64,000 bases of DNA from Desulfatiglandales bacterium (GTDB taxonomy: Bacteria; Desulfobacterota; DSM-4660; Desulfatiglandales; Desulfatiglandaceae). The DNA lies in the NCBI GenBank assembly GCA_963666345.1, contig OY762721.1, positions 64,001 through 128,000 of the forward strand, written 5' to 3'. Shown here one piece after another: positions 51,361 to 61,175 of this stretch; positions within the stretch are counted from its first letter, which is position 1, and every line of letters starts with the position of its first letter. The notes below the pieces were generated by a model that had not been told where the DNA came from, ran no database searches, and worked only from the letters and a program-made list of their open reading frames with translations. The position numbers and the translations under genes were made by a program.

Positions 51361-52134
51361 ATGTCTTTTACAAATATCAATGGCTTTAAGATATTCTATG
51401 AAATAGAGGGCAAGGGGGAACCTGTTTTTCTCCTGCACCATGGCTTCGGCTGTGCTGAGATGTGGAAAGATATTTACCCATGTCTTTCAGAAAAGGGGTA
51501 TCAGGTTGTCATGTACGACAGGAGGGGCTACGGAAAATCTGCTCGTGGCGATGATTTTACGGACTTTTACAGAAGCGATGAATTCAGAATACTCTCCATG
51601 GAAGAACTGGAGCATTTACGCGATTTTCTAGGCATAGAGTCTTTTCATATAGTTGGTCAGTGCGAGGGAGGGGTCGTGGGAGCAGATTATTCGGCAAGTT
51701 ATCCCGGGAGGGTAAAATCGTTGGTTACCGCCAGCACACAGTGCCACAGCCCAACGGACATGGTGGAGTTCAACAGGACTAAATTCGCCAAGCCTTTCGG
51801 AGAACTTGACTCGCATCTTATTGAAAAGTTTATGCATTGGCACGGCAGTCATAAGGCAGAAGAGAACTTCAACCTTTTTCGTACGTATGGCGGTGCATAT
51901 GGGAGACGTTATTTCGATCTAAGGCCTGTCCTGAAATCAGTCAAATGTCCCGCCTTGGTAATGTATCCTGACCGTAGCGCCCTTTTTGAGATTGAGCAGG
52001 CTGTAGATTTTTACAGGTCTTTACCCATGGGCGAGCTGGCAGTAATACCACAATGCGGCCATAATACCTATGAACAGAAGCCCGGAGAATATATAAGGAT
52101 ACTGCTTGATTTTCTGGGGTGCCACAGCAGTTGA
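51361..52134 (+). CDS. Alpha/beta hydrolase
   Basis: LHHGFG, YDRRGYGKS, nucleophile elbow GQCEGG, CGH. Confidence 0.9.
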   Translation: MSFTNINGFKIFYEIEGKGEPVFLLHHGFGCAEMWKDIYPCLSEKGYQVVMYDRRGYGKSARGDDFTDFYRSDEFRILSMEELEHLRDFLGIESFHIVGQCEGGVVGADYSASYPGRVKSLVTASTQCHSPTDMVEFNRTKFAKPFGELDSHLIEKFMHWHGSHKAEENFNLFRTYGGAYGRRYFDLRPVLKSVKCPALVMYPDRSALFEIEQAVDFYRSLPMGELAVIPQCGHNTYEQKPGEYIRILLDFLGCHSS

Positions 52135-52196
52135 AAACCGGTTCCTTTGTATAAACTGAACGGACGGTGTTGTTTGCCCCCGCATCAAAGACTGGA

Positions 52197-53030
52197 TCAA
52201 TAGTAAACAAACATTGGTAGAGTGCCGTCTTCCATCAATTTTGTAGTTCTGCGTCCGAAAAAGTAACTCGGTTTATCCATTTCTTCTCCTACAACTACAA
52301 GAGAGGGGCTGAATTCCTTTGCGGTTTCATACATCGCATTTTCAGGGTTCCCTGTGTGCCATATCTTTTCAGGATGAATGCCGTATGCCTTGAGGTATAT
52401 CTCTGCTCGATTCAAGAGGTATTCCCCGTCTTCCACTGAATCGGTAACCGTCAAAAGCTTCACCTTGTAGGTATCTGGAATATTAGGAGATATATGAGCC
52501 CATGCCCTCATCGCCCTTGTCGATGCGGCCTTTCCGCTGTACATTATAATAACGTTTCGATGAGGCTGAACCTTTTTGGGAACACCGATAATCGGACATA
52601 CAGGTTCCCTCATCAGCTTCCTTATCAGATTGTCGTCAGGCTTTTGCGTAGTTTCAAACTTAAAAAAGGTTCGCAGACCCAGAATTGTGAGGTCTGCAAT
52701 CTTGCATTCCTCCTTAAAGACCTCAAAAGGATTCCCTATCTTAAGGTATATTTCGCAGGGCACCTTTGACTCGGCACAGATTCTTTCGAACTGATCCATG
52801 AATTCCTTTGTCCGCGTAGAGGCGTGCTCCATTTTAGAATCTATGGATCTCTGGGCATAATAACTGCTTCCAACACCTGCGCCCACACCTGTTTTCCTAA
52901 TACCTGGTTTATCCAGAATCGCGATTCCTATAAGGATGCCTCCAAAGGTTTGAGCCCTCCGGCATGCCCAGTGGATAGCACTCAAAGAAAACTCCGTTCC
53001 GTCGAGACCAACTATAATTCTCTGTTTCAT
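52197..53030 (-). CDS. Tandem universal stress protein
   Basis: RIIVGLDGTEFS; second domain VIIMYSGK...GNPE...LVVVG. Confidence 0.85.
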   Translation of the reverse strand: MKQRIIVGLDGTEFSLSAIHWACRRAQTFGGILIGIAILDKPGIRKTGVGAGVGSSYYAQRSIDSKMEHASTRTKEFMDQFERICAESKVPCEIYLKIGNPFEVFKEECKIADLTILGLRTFFKFETTQKPDDNLIRKLMREPVCPIIGVPKKVQPHRNVIIMYSGKAASTRAMRAWAHISPNIPDTYKVKLLTVTDSVEDGEYLLNRAEIYLKAYGIHPEKIWHTGNPENAMYETAKEFSPSLVVVGEEMDKPSYFFGRRTTKLMEDGTLPMFVYY

Positions 53031-53192
53031 AAAAAAATTACCTCGATTAGCTGATAAAAAGGCAAACAAAAAAAAACGACATACAGGTTACTGGTTTTTC
53101 AAAAGGGCGTTATTGAATAAATATTATCTCTATTAAGAAATGATAGGATTTTTTTAAAATTTGTCAAGGCAAGGATGAAGCCGGGTGGATGT

Positions 53193-53264
53193 GTCTAAAT
53201 AAGATTAGACGTTATATTGTTATTAGACAGTAAGTATTAGACGGTAAAGATCAGGTAATTAGAC
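53193..53264. repeat. ATTAGAC repeat array: 4 direct copies plus 1 inverted half-site
   Basis: ATTAGAC at 53204, 53222, 53236, 53258; GTCTAA at 53193. Confidence 0.85.
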
Positions 53265-53365
53265 AATTTAAAATCTTCCACAATACTCTCCATTAAAATA
53301 AGCATTAAAATCTAAATGCTTGAATTTAAAACATATGAACTGTTTATTTATACTGCATTTTATGC

Positions 53366-53393
53366 TTGACAAACTGTTTTCATTGTGTAAGAT
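53366..53393 (+). promoter_or_regulatory. Sigma70 promoter of the cyclase gene
   Basis: TTGACA, 16-bp spacer ending in TGTG, TAAGAT. Confidence 0.55.
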
Positions 53394-53445
53394 GGCTGTG
53401 TAATTTCATCAAACCTGCTTTTTAACCCAAAGAGGCTTATAAGCG

Positions 53446-55029
53446 ATGGAACAGGGAAAAGGGGATGAAACCAGCCTTATCACCAGCAAGGAAATTCTTT
53501 TTAAGACAGGTATTTCCAGGGCTACACTCAACAATTATATCAAGATGGGAATTATTCCAAAGCCGATCGTGGGCAGGCCTTCCGAAGATCTAAGGGGTGT
53601 CAAAAAGATCGGGTTTTTTCCCAGGGAAGTAGTGGATAGAATAACTCTGGTAAAGGGTCTAAAAAGGGAGGGCCATTCCATGGAGGACATAGCGAGGAGG
53701 TTTAGAGGCGAGACCTCCAGAAAAACGATATCTTTTCAAAAAAAGACAAACAGGACTGAATGGGCACGATCAAAAGGCCGTTACCTTGAAATTGACAACG
53801 TAAAATCAAGAATTGACTCCTCGGACCTTAGCCTGACTGTTGAAAATATCAGTTCTCCCGCTTATCTTATAAACCCGAATTTCGAGATAGAATGGGCAAA
53901 CAGGGAGGCTCAAGAACAGATATTCCACCAGGATCTTTCCAGTATCGCGGAACTTGAATCCAGGAATATATTCAAATTACTCTTCAACTGGGAATTTCAT
54001 GATTCAGTAAAAAACTGGCAGGATATAATTGGCTTGCATCTATCATATGCAGTTTCACGATTCGAAAAAAGAGAAATAGGAGACCTTTATGAAGGAATCA
54101 CCGAAGGCGAAACAAGGTGTCTTGAAAAATTGTATGAAAATCAAACTCCCACTGAAGGCAGAGGTATAAATCACAGTAAAATTGATTTCAAATGGAGAGA
54201 CGAATCAGTCACCGGATTTGAGATATATACCTCTTTTTTCCGTGAGGGATTGTTTTTTGTTTACGTGCCAAAGGAAAAGGAAGATCGAGGAATACTTGAG
54301 CTTCTGTCAAGAAGGGAGAAGGTGATAAATGAACTTCTGAGCCTGAGGATGCCTTCCCTTGTCTCTCTTTGCGTGCTTGTGGCGGATCTCCAGGACTCTG
54401 TAAAGATAAGCGCGGAGCTTCCGCCGGCCGAATATTTTCAGCTGATCAACGGCCTGTGGAGGTCACTGGTAGGTTCTTTTGATATGTTTCACGGTATTTG
54501 CGGAAAACATGCCGGTGACGGAATGCTCTACTATTTCATTAAGAGACCTGGCACGAATTATATAATGGATGCAATAACCTGTGCGGTACAGCTCAGGGAG
54601 AGGACCAAAAGATTCAGTAATGAATGGAAAATAAGAAAAGGATGGCTTCAGGATCTATATTTAAACATCGGAATAAATGAGGGTAAAGAATTTTTCGGTG
54701 CGATTGAATCCTCCGCAAATATTGAATTTACTGCCCTGGGCGATTCCATAAACTCGACTGCAAGGATTTCCGATCTGGCCAGATACGGGTCTATATTAAC
54801 TACTAAAAATCTTATTAATAAAATCTCACCTGAAGATCTTGATTGCGTTTACTACGGCGTAAAGAGAAAAGACAAAGATAGAGATGTTTTTATAGAAAAC
54901 TATTTTTCAAGGGTCAGTGACGTTCTGAAGAATTATGACCTCAACCATTCAAAATTTAATGATATCTCCACTCTTCCAATAACAGAGATAATAGATATAG
55001 TGAAGAGAAAAAAAACCGGCCGGTCATAA
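53446..55029 (+). CDS. MerR-like HTH / PAS-like / class III adenylate cyclase fusion
   Basis: N-terminal ITSKEILFKTGISRATLNNYIKMGIIPKP; SPAYLIN..FEIEWAN PAS-like start; cyclase motifs VADLQDS, KHAGDG, IGINEG, FTALGDSINSTARI. Confidence 0.88.
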   Translation: MEQGKGDETSLITSKEILFKTGISRATLNNYIKMGIIPKPIVGRPSEDLRGVKKIGFFPREVVDRITLVKGLKREGHSMEDIARRFRGETSRKTISFQKKTNRTEWARSKGRYLEIDNVKSRIDSSDLSLTVENISSPAYLINPNFEIEWANREAQEQIFHQDLSSIAELESRNIFKLLFNWEFHDSVKNWQDIIGLHLSYAVSRFEKREIGDLYEGITEGETRCLEKLYENQTPTEGRGINHSKIDFKWRDESVTGFEIYTSFFREGLFFVYVPKEKEDRGILELLSRREKVINELLSLRMPSLVSLCVLVADLQDSVKISAELPPAEYFQLINGLWRSLVGSFDMFHGICGKHAGDGMLYYFIKRPGTNYIMDAITCAVQLRERTKRFSNEWKIRKGWLQDLYLNIGINEGKEFFGAIESSANIEFTALGDSINSTARISDLARYGSILTTKNLINKISPEDLDCVYYGVKRKDKDRDVFIENYFSRVSDVLKNYDLNHSKFNDISTLPITEIIDIVKRKKTGRS

Positions 55030-55382
55030 TAAAACCCCGGAGTTACTGCCCGATCACCATTTATATTCAAGGCCGTTGCAAGCTTATCTGTTTTCCATCC
55101 GGAAAGCACCCTTTTGCCGATATCCGCATCAATGTGAGGCTTTTTGTACGGCACACCACATGCATTTCTAATAACAATTAATCGATTTTCTTAACTCAAA
55201 TCACACACCATGCGGGTGACGCAAAACCGCCGGGTTTCCTCTATTTGTATAAAAAAACCAGGACTTCAGGCACTCAAGGTCTTTTAAGGATTGATAAGGT
55301 TGATATTCTGCCCTTTTTCTGGCATAGATTTGTATCTGTTGCGGAAAATTTCACCTTGCTTTTCAGCTGAGGTTATAAAGTC

Positions 55383-56537
55383 ATGAAGATAATACGCTCT
55401 AGTTTTGAACAGGGTCCCATAAGGCCTCCAAATGAGGCAAGAAGCCTGCTTATTAGGCTAACCAGAAACTGTCCATGGAACCGGTGTCTGTTCTGCCCGG
55501 TGTATAAAAATAAGAAATTTTCCCTGAGAACCGTAAAAGAGATAAAAGAGGATATAATCAATGTTCGGGAAATCTCTGACCATATAAAGGAAATCTCTTG
55601 GAATCTCGGCAAAAAGGGACATGTTGACGACAAGGTTGTGAAAAAGGTGCTTGCCGAATATGGGGATGGTTACCGAAGCATAGCATTGTGGTTGTATTAT
55701 GATACAGGGGCCTGTTTTCTTCAGGACGCCGACAACCTCGTTATGAGCACTAGTGATCTGGTGGATGTCCTAATGTTTTTGAGAAAAAAAATTCCGGAAA
55801 TCACAAGAGTTACGACATATTCAAGATCACGCACCATTGTTAGAAAATCCCTTGAATCTTTGTCAAAAATTCACACTGCAGGACTGGACAGGGTACATGT
55901 CGGACTTGAAAGCGGCTACGATCCGGTGCTTAAGTTGGTCAAAAAGGGAGTCAGCGCACAGCAGCACATAGACGCGGGTAGAAAAACAGTTGAATCCGGA
56001 ATGGAGCTTTCCGAATATGTCATGCCTGGTCTTGGTGGGCAGGAGATGTGGCGTGAACATGCAATCGAGACCGCCCGGGTACTCAATCAAATCAACCCTC
56101 ATTTCATTCGTATTCGAAGCCTGAGGGTGCCCAAGAGGGTACCCCTTTATGAAAAACTGCTTGAGGGCAGTTTCCATATGCAAAGCGATGATATGATTGC
56201 TGAAGAGATAAAGATATTCATCGAGACACTTGAAGGCATTAACAGTATCCTGACAAGTGATCATATCATGAATCTGCTGGAGGAGGTCTCGGGTAAATTT
56301 CCAGAAGAAAAAGAAAAAATGATCGAGGCCGTAAGAAGATATCAGGGACTTACAGATGAAGACAGACTCATATACAGGGTAGGACGCAGAGGAGGAGCTT
56401 ACAGATCAACAGACGATCTGAGCGATGATCCTGCAACCTACGGTAAAATAAGATGCCTTATTGCAGATATAATGGATGAACAGGGGGCTCAGGGCGCCGA
56501 ACAATTCATATCCGACATGGTGGACCGCTACATATAA
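55383..56537 (+). CDS. Radical SAM protein
   Basis: IRPPNEA, CPWNRCLFC, FLQDAD, GLESG, SDH. Confidence 0.9.
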   Translation: MKIIRSSFEQGPIRPPNEARSLLIRLTRNCPWNRCLFCPVYKNKKFSLRTVKEIKEDIINVREISDHIKEISWNLGKKGHVDDKVVKKVLAEYGDGYRSIALWLYYDTGACFLQDADNLVMSTSDLVDVLMFLRKKIPEITRVTTYSRSRTIVRKSLESLSKIHTAGLDRVHVGLESGYDPVLKLVKKGVSAQQHIDAGRKTVESGMELSEYVMPGLGGQEMWREHAIETARVLNQINPHFIRIRSLRVPKRVPLYEKLLEGSFHMQSDDMIAEEIKIFIETLEGINSILTSDHIMNLLEEVSGKFPEEKEKMIEAVRRYQGLTDEDRLIYRVGRRGGAYRSTDDLSDDPATYGKIRCLIADIMDEQGAQGAEQFISDMVDRYI

Positions 56538-56566
56538 CCTAGATAAGGGAACTGGACGCAGTAAAA

Positions 56567-57232
56567 ATGAAATATTATCCTGTATATTTAGATATTAAGG
56601 GAAAAAACGCTTTGGTAATAGGCGGAGGTGCGGTCGCTCTTCGTAAGGTTGAAACACTGCTTGAATGTGGCGCGGTAGTTAACATCGTGAGCAGGGAACT
56701 TAACGATGAACTTGAGGGTCTTGTGGGAGATGGGCGGTTGTTTCATAAGGGAGAAATTTTCAGGGATGAACAACTGGAAGGGATGTTTATTGTAATAGCG
56801 GCCACTGACGACAGCGAACTGAATCACAGAATAAGCCGGATGGCCGAAAAGAGAGGCCTTCTCATAAATGCGGTGGACCAGCCTGCTGACTGCAATTTTA
56901 TCGTTCCTTCATTAGTCAAACGTGGAGACCTGTTGATTGCCATATCTACCTCAGGGCAAAGTCCTGCTCTTGCCAGAAGACTTCGAAAGGAGCTTGAAGC
57001 ACAGTTTGCCTGTGAATATGAACTATATCTGGTGCTTATGGGCCGTCTGAGGGAATTAGTCCGTCAAAGTGATCTCTGCCTGAACGAAAGGTCTGATCTG
57101 TTTAAATATCTAACCGAATCGAATCTTTTTGACCTCGTATGCAGAAAGGACAGTAAGGAGATTAAGTCCATGTTGCGGGGGGTTGTTCCGGAAGATATCG
57201 ACCCTGACCATATTGTAGATGAAATTATGTGA
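56567..57232 (+). CDS. Precorrin-2 dehydrogenase/sirohydrochlorin ferrochelatase (SirC/CysG-N/Met8)
   Basis: VIGGGAVALRK, NAVDQP, AISTSGQSPALAR. Confidence 0.93.
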   Translation: MKYYPVYLDIKGKNALVIGGGAVALRKVETLLECGAVVNIVSRELNDELEGLVGDGRLFHKGEIFRDEQLEGMFIVIAATDDSELNHRISRMAEKRGLLINAVDQPADCNFIVPSLVKRGDLLIAISTSGQSPALARRLRKELEAQFACEYELYLVLMGRLRELVRQSDLCLNERSDLFKYLTESNLFDLVCRKDSKEIKSMLRGVVPEDIDPDHIVDEIM

Positions 57233-58077
57233 GGCCTGTGAATAGAATGATTTTTTTGTGGTTCAATCTTGCGCTCATACTTGAACTCTGTGCTACAGGG
57301 GGCTTTGTCGTATATATTTTAAAACAACGTAAAGACATATTCAGATATTCCTATCTGATACTGATTGCCGGTTTCGTCTGTCATACCGTCTTTCTTATAT
57401 ATCAATATCTCCAGATTGGACCTATCCCGGGGGAAAATCTTAAATCCTCATTTTCTTTTTTTTCGTGGAGCATAATTTTTGCCTATCTGATATTTCAGCT
57501 GAGATTCAGGTTAATGGTACTGGGTTCATTTGTTGCACCCTTTGCCGCCTGTCTAATGATTATTTCATCGACAATGCCCTGGGCAGAGGGGCCCTCAGTC
57601 CCCGTCTTTAAAGGACTCTGGCTTCTTCTGCATGTAGGGACGATATTTATGGGCAACGGACTTTTTGCCATAGCCTTTTTGGCCTCAATCATGTACCTGT
57701 TGCAGGAACACTTCATAAAGAACAAAAAACTGGGTCCATTTTATAGCCGTCTGCCTTCTCTTGCTAGCCTAGACAGCATAAACCACTACTCACTTATCTA
57801 TGGATTTCCTTTTCTTACAGCCGGCATGATCACCGGGTCGGTCTATGCCCAGTATATCCTTGGAGCCTACTGGCAGTGGGATCCCAAAGAGGTATGGTCT
57901 CTTATAACATGGCTTTTCTACGCTGCATTGCTTCACGAGAGGATAGCCGCTGGCTGGCGGGGCAGAAGGGCTGCTCTGATGTCGATAGCATGTTTCTGCA
58001 TACTAATATTTACCTTTTTGGGTGTCAGCCTCTGGCTTGGAGGTTACCACAGCTTTGACGCCCAAGTGCTTAGATAA
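57229..58077 (+). CDS. ccsA: Cytochrome c biogenesis protein CcsA/HemX-like
   Basis: WWD domain GAYWQWDPKEVW; multiple TMs; sirC-ccsA-hemA synteny. Confidence 0.88.
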   Translation: MRPVNRMIFLWFNLALILELCATGGFVVYILKQRKDIFRYSYLILIAGFVCHTVFLIYQYLQIGPIPGENLKSSFSFFSWSIIFAYLIFQLRFRLMVLGSFVAPFAACLMIISSTMPWAEGPSVPVFKGLWLLLHVGTIFMGNGLFAIAFLASIMYLLQEHFIKNKKLGPFYSRLPSLASLDSINHYSLIYGFPFLTAGMITGSVYAQYILGAYWQWDPKEVWSLITWLFYAALLHERIAAGWRGRRAALMSIACFCILIFTFLGVSLWLGGYHSFDAQVLR

Positions 58078-58080
58078 AAA

Positions 58081-59382
58081 ATGACTCAGATATTAGATAT
58101 TGGAATGAACCATGAAACAGCTCCCGTAGAGCTCAGGGAATGCCTGTCTTCAAGAGAAGACCACGTTGAAACAGCCATATCCGCGATAAGGTCCTGCCCC
58201 AGCATCACAGAGGGGCTGTTCCTTTCCACCTGTAACAGGGTCGAAATTTTGGTGATTACGGAAGATCCCCATAAGGCAAGGCAGGACATCATGGAGATCT
58301 TTCTTTCACTTGGAGAGATCCCCGAAGAATCGCTTGTAAAAAGCCTCTATACCTTAAAGGGAAAGGAGGCGGTGGAGCATATTTTCATGGTCGCCTCAAG
58401 CCTGGATTCAATGGTAGTAGGGGAACCTCAAATACTCGGCCAGTTAAAGAGAGCCTATGCTGAGAGCGTAAGTAAGAAGACATCCGGAGTAATACTTAAC
58501 AGACTGATGCATAAGGCCTTTCATGTCGCCAAAAGGGTAAGGACAGAGACCGGCATATGCGAGGCGGCGGTGTCGATAAGTTATGCTGCGGTTGAACTTG
58601 CGAGAAAAATATTTTATGACCTTGAAGGGAAAAAGGCCCTTCTTGTTGGTGCGGGAGAGATGGCCGAACTGGCGGCAAAGCATTTGATCGGGCTTGGAAT
58701 AAACTCAATGTTCGTCGCAAACAGGACTTTTGAACGGGCCGTGGAGGTTGCGTCCAGACTTTATGCCAAACCGGTATCTTTCGATGAAATACCTCAGCAG
58801 CTTGAAGAGGCGGACATCGTGATAACATCCACGGGGGCAACCGACTATGTGATTAGGCATGAGCATGTGAAGGCGTGCCTTAAAAAGAGGAAAAATCGGC
58901 TGCTCTTTTTCATTGATATCGCAGTTCCAAGGGATGTTGAACCAAGGGTAAACGACTTGAACAATGTCTACCTATACGATATCGACGACCTCAAGGGGAT
59001 TATCAGTCATAATGTCGCGCAGAGAGGACATGAAGCGGTAAAGGCGGAAAGGATAGTCATTGAGGAAACACTCAGGTTCGAAAAATGGCTCAAGACCCTG
59101 GCCGTCGTTCCCACTATTGTAACCCTCAGAGAAAAGGTGGAAGACATTATTCAATGCGAAATAAAAAAAAGCAATTCGGCACTGAACGATTTAACCCCGC
59201 TTCAGATGGAGGCCGTAAAGGTGCTCACAAGATCGATCGGTGAGAAGGTCTTAAACGACCCGATACTATTTTTAAAGGGTAAGGCAGGAAGGCTGGCTCT
59301 GCATTCATATCTGGATATAACTCGGAAGCTTTTTAACCTTGATACCGACGGACAAAGAGAGAACAATAAAAAGGTAAGGTAG
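58081..59382 (+). CDS. hemA: Glutamyl-tRNA reductase
   Basis: STCNRVE, SLDSMVVGEPQILGQ, GAGEM, DIAVPRD. Confidence 0.97.
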   Translation: MTQILDIGMNHETAPVELRECLSSREDHVETAISAIRSCPSITEGLFLSTCNRVEILVITEDPHKARQDIMEIFLSLGEIPEESLVKSLYTLKGKEAVEHIFMVASSLDSMVVGEPQILGQLKRAYAESVSKKTSGVILNRLMHKAFHVAKRVRTETGICEAAVSISYAAVELARKIFYDLEGKKALLVGAGEMAELAAKHLIGLGINSMFVANRTFERAVEVASRLYAKPVSFDEIPQQLEEADIVITSTGATDYVIRHEHVKACLKKRKNRLLFFIDIAVPRDVEPRVNDLNNVYLYDIDDLKGIISHNVAQRGHEAVKAERIVIEETLRFEKWLKTLAVVPTIVTLREKVEDIIQCEIKKSNSALNDLTPLQMEAVKVLTRSIGEKVLNDPILFLKGKAGRLALHSYLDITRKLFNLDTDGQRENNKKVR

Positions 59383-59403
59383 CAGGTTATGGAGGAGGGT
59401 GCC

Positions 59404-59769
59404 ATGGACATTAAGGAAATGTTTATTGAAATAAAAAAAAGCCCTTATTACAAAAGGATGGGTATGATCGCAAGTCATCTGGGTGTTGTAAGAGAGACGT
59501 CCCTTGATGGTGCAAAAGTTTCAGCTGTCGAGGTGAGCTTTGATAAAGAAAAGATAAGGGAAGTAAAAAGAAAAATCTTGGACATAGAAGGCATACTTGA
59601 AGTATTAATTCAGACTTATGAAGGCAGACTTTGCGTCGGAGATGAGATAATGGCGGTTGTAATCGGCGGGGATACAAGGGAAAACGTATTTCCGGCGCTT
59701 ATCAGCGCAGTTGATCTGCTGAAAAAAGAAGCATCAAAGAAGAGAGAAATTATTAGTTCGGGGGGTTGA
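59404..59769 (+). CDS. moaE: Molybdopterin synthase catalytic subunit (short MoaE-like)
   Basis: GMIASHLGVVRETS, VGDEIM, GDTRENVF; adjacent to moaC. Confidence 0.8.
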   Translation: MDIKEMFIEIKKSPYYKRMGMIASHLGVVRETSLDGAKVSAVEVSFDKEKIREVKRKILDIEGILEVLIQTYEGRLCVGDEIMAVVIGGDTRENVFPALISAVDLLKKEASKKREIISSGG

Positions 59770-59773
59770 AGAT

Positions 59774-60208
59774 ATGGGGATGGTTGATGTAGGGGATAAA
59801 CCTGTTATAAGGCGCTTGGCAGAGGCATCAGGAAGGATACATCTTTCTCCTGAAACTATCATGAAGATCAAGCAAGGTGCAATACTCAAGGGAGACCCCC
59901 TTGTAATAGCGGAGGTGGGAGGAATGAATGCCGCAAAACAGACCCATCTCCTCATACCCCATTGTCACCAGATAGCCCTTGATAAGGTAGAGTTGTCATT
60001 CGATATATCAAGCCAGTGGATAGAGGCCAGTTGCATTGCTTCCGCTCAGGCGCGCACAGGAGTTGAGATGGAGGCCCTAGTCGGAGTGACCACTGCTCTC
60101 AACGTGATATGGGATATGGTAAAATACCTTGAAAAGGATAAAGATGGACAGTATCCGGGTACAAGGATGGATGCAATAAGGGTTATAAGAAAGGAAAAAG
60201 GTCTATAG
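59774..60208 (+). CDS. moaC: Cyclic pyranopterin monophosphate synthase
   Basis: MVDVGDK, KGDPL, LIPHCH, TGVEMEAL, WDMVK. Confidence 0.95.
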   Translation: MGMVDVGDKPVIRRLAEASGRIHLSPETIMKIKQGAILKGDPLVIAEVGGMNAAKQTHLLIPHCHQIALDKVELSFDISSQWIEASCIASAQARTGVEMEALVGVTTALNVIWDMVKYLEKDKDGQYPGTRMDAIRVIRKEKGL

Positions 60209-60220
60209 GGGGCGTTTTAA

Positions 60221-61135
60221 TTGAAAATGCACGACAGAAGACAAAGGGGCCTGAGCATCGGTTTTGTAGGTGCGGGAAGAGTAGGCACCGCAATGGCGGT
60301 AAGTCTTTACAGGGCCGGTTACAGAGTGGTCGGAATTTCTGACATTTCAAGAAAAAATGCGGATAGATTTCTCAGTCATGCGACTGAGTGCAGGTATTTT
60401 GGAAGTGCTCAAGAGCTGGCGGAAAGTGTGGAGCTGATTTTTATTACCACCTCTGATGATGCGATTTTTGAGGCAGCCTCTTCAATAGTGTGGCGCAAAG
60501 GCCAGATTGCGGTACACTGTAGTGGCGCTGCATCGCTTGACCTGCTTGAAAAACCTTATTCAGATGGGGCTCTTACAGGTTCTTTTCATCCCTGCCAGGC
60601 GTTTGCAGGGATAAACGAGGCAATATCCAATCTCCCAGGCTCTACTATTGCCATAGAGGCCCAAATGCCGCTTATTGAAATTCTAAAGGAAATGGCAGAC
60701 TCAATCGAGTGCGGTCACATTGTTCTAGGACCGGGTGACAAGGCCCTGTATCACGCTGCCGCCGTTTTTGCCAGCAATTACTATGTAACATTATTAAAGG
60801 TTGCGGCCGATCTCTTTGAAACATTTGGGGTGAGATCTTCTCGAACCATAGAGATCCTTATGCCGCTTATTGAGGGAAATCTGAAAAATATCAAGGAAAT
60901 AGGTTTACCTCGATGTCTTACGGGACCGATCTCTAGGGGTGATATCGGTACTATCAGAAAACATCTTGAATGCCTTGAGAATAAAACTCCGCAGTTTTCA
61001 AGGCTATACGCGGAGCTTGCCTTGCAGACTCTCCCGGTTGCAAAAGAGAAAGGGACCCTGAAAGAGCCTGAAAGCAAGACATTTGAAGGCATATTGCGAA
61101 AAGTCAGGGAACAGAGCGGAACCGCAAAACAATGA
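60221..61135 (+). CDS. Rossmann-like/DUF2520 oxidoreductase (PanG-like)
   Basis: GFVGAGRVG, HCSGA, FHP, YHAAAVFASN, LTGPISRGD. Confidence 0.85.
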   Translation: MKMHDRRQRGLSIGFVGAGRVGTAMAVSLYRAGYRVVGISDISRKNADRFLSHATECRYFGSAQELAESVELIFITTSDDAIFEAASSIVWRKGQIAVHCSGAASLDLLEKPYSDGALTGSFHPCQAFAGINEAISNLPGSTIAIEAQMPLIEILKEMADSIECGHIVLGPGDKALYHAAAVFASNYYVTLLKVAADLFETFGVRSSRTIEILMPLIEGNLKNIKEIGLPRCLTGPISRGDIGTIRKHLECLENKTPQFSRLYAELALQTLPVAKEKGTLKEPESKTFEGILRKVREQSGTAKQ

Positions 61136-61175
61136 TATTTTCAATGAATTGAAATAGTTCTCACAATGTTTTAAG

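Noticed and set aside
53193..53264. Possible mini-CRISPR array
   Set aside because: Repeats are only 7 bp with 7-15 bp gaps, and there are no cas genes.
59755..59769. MoaE ending in SSGG (sulfur-carrier-like di-glycine)
   Set aside because: No ubiquitin-like MoaD domain; the G-run probably doubles as the moaC RBS.
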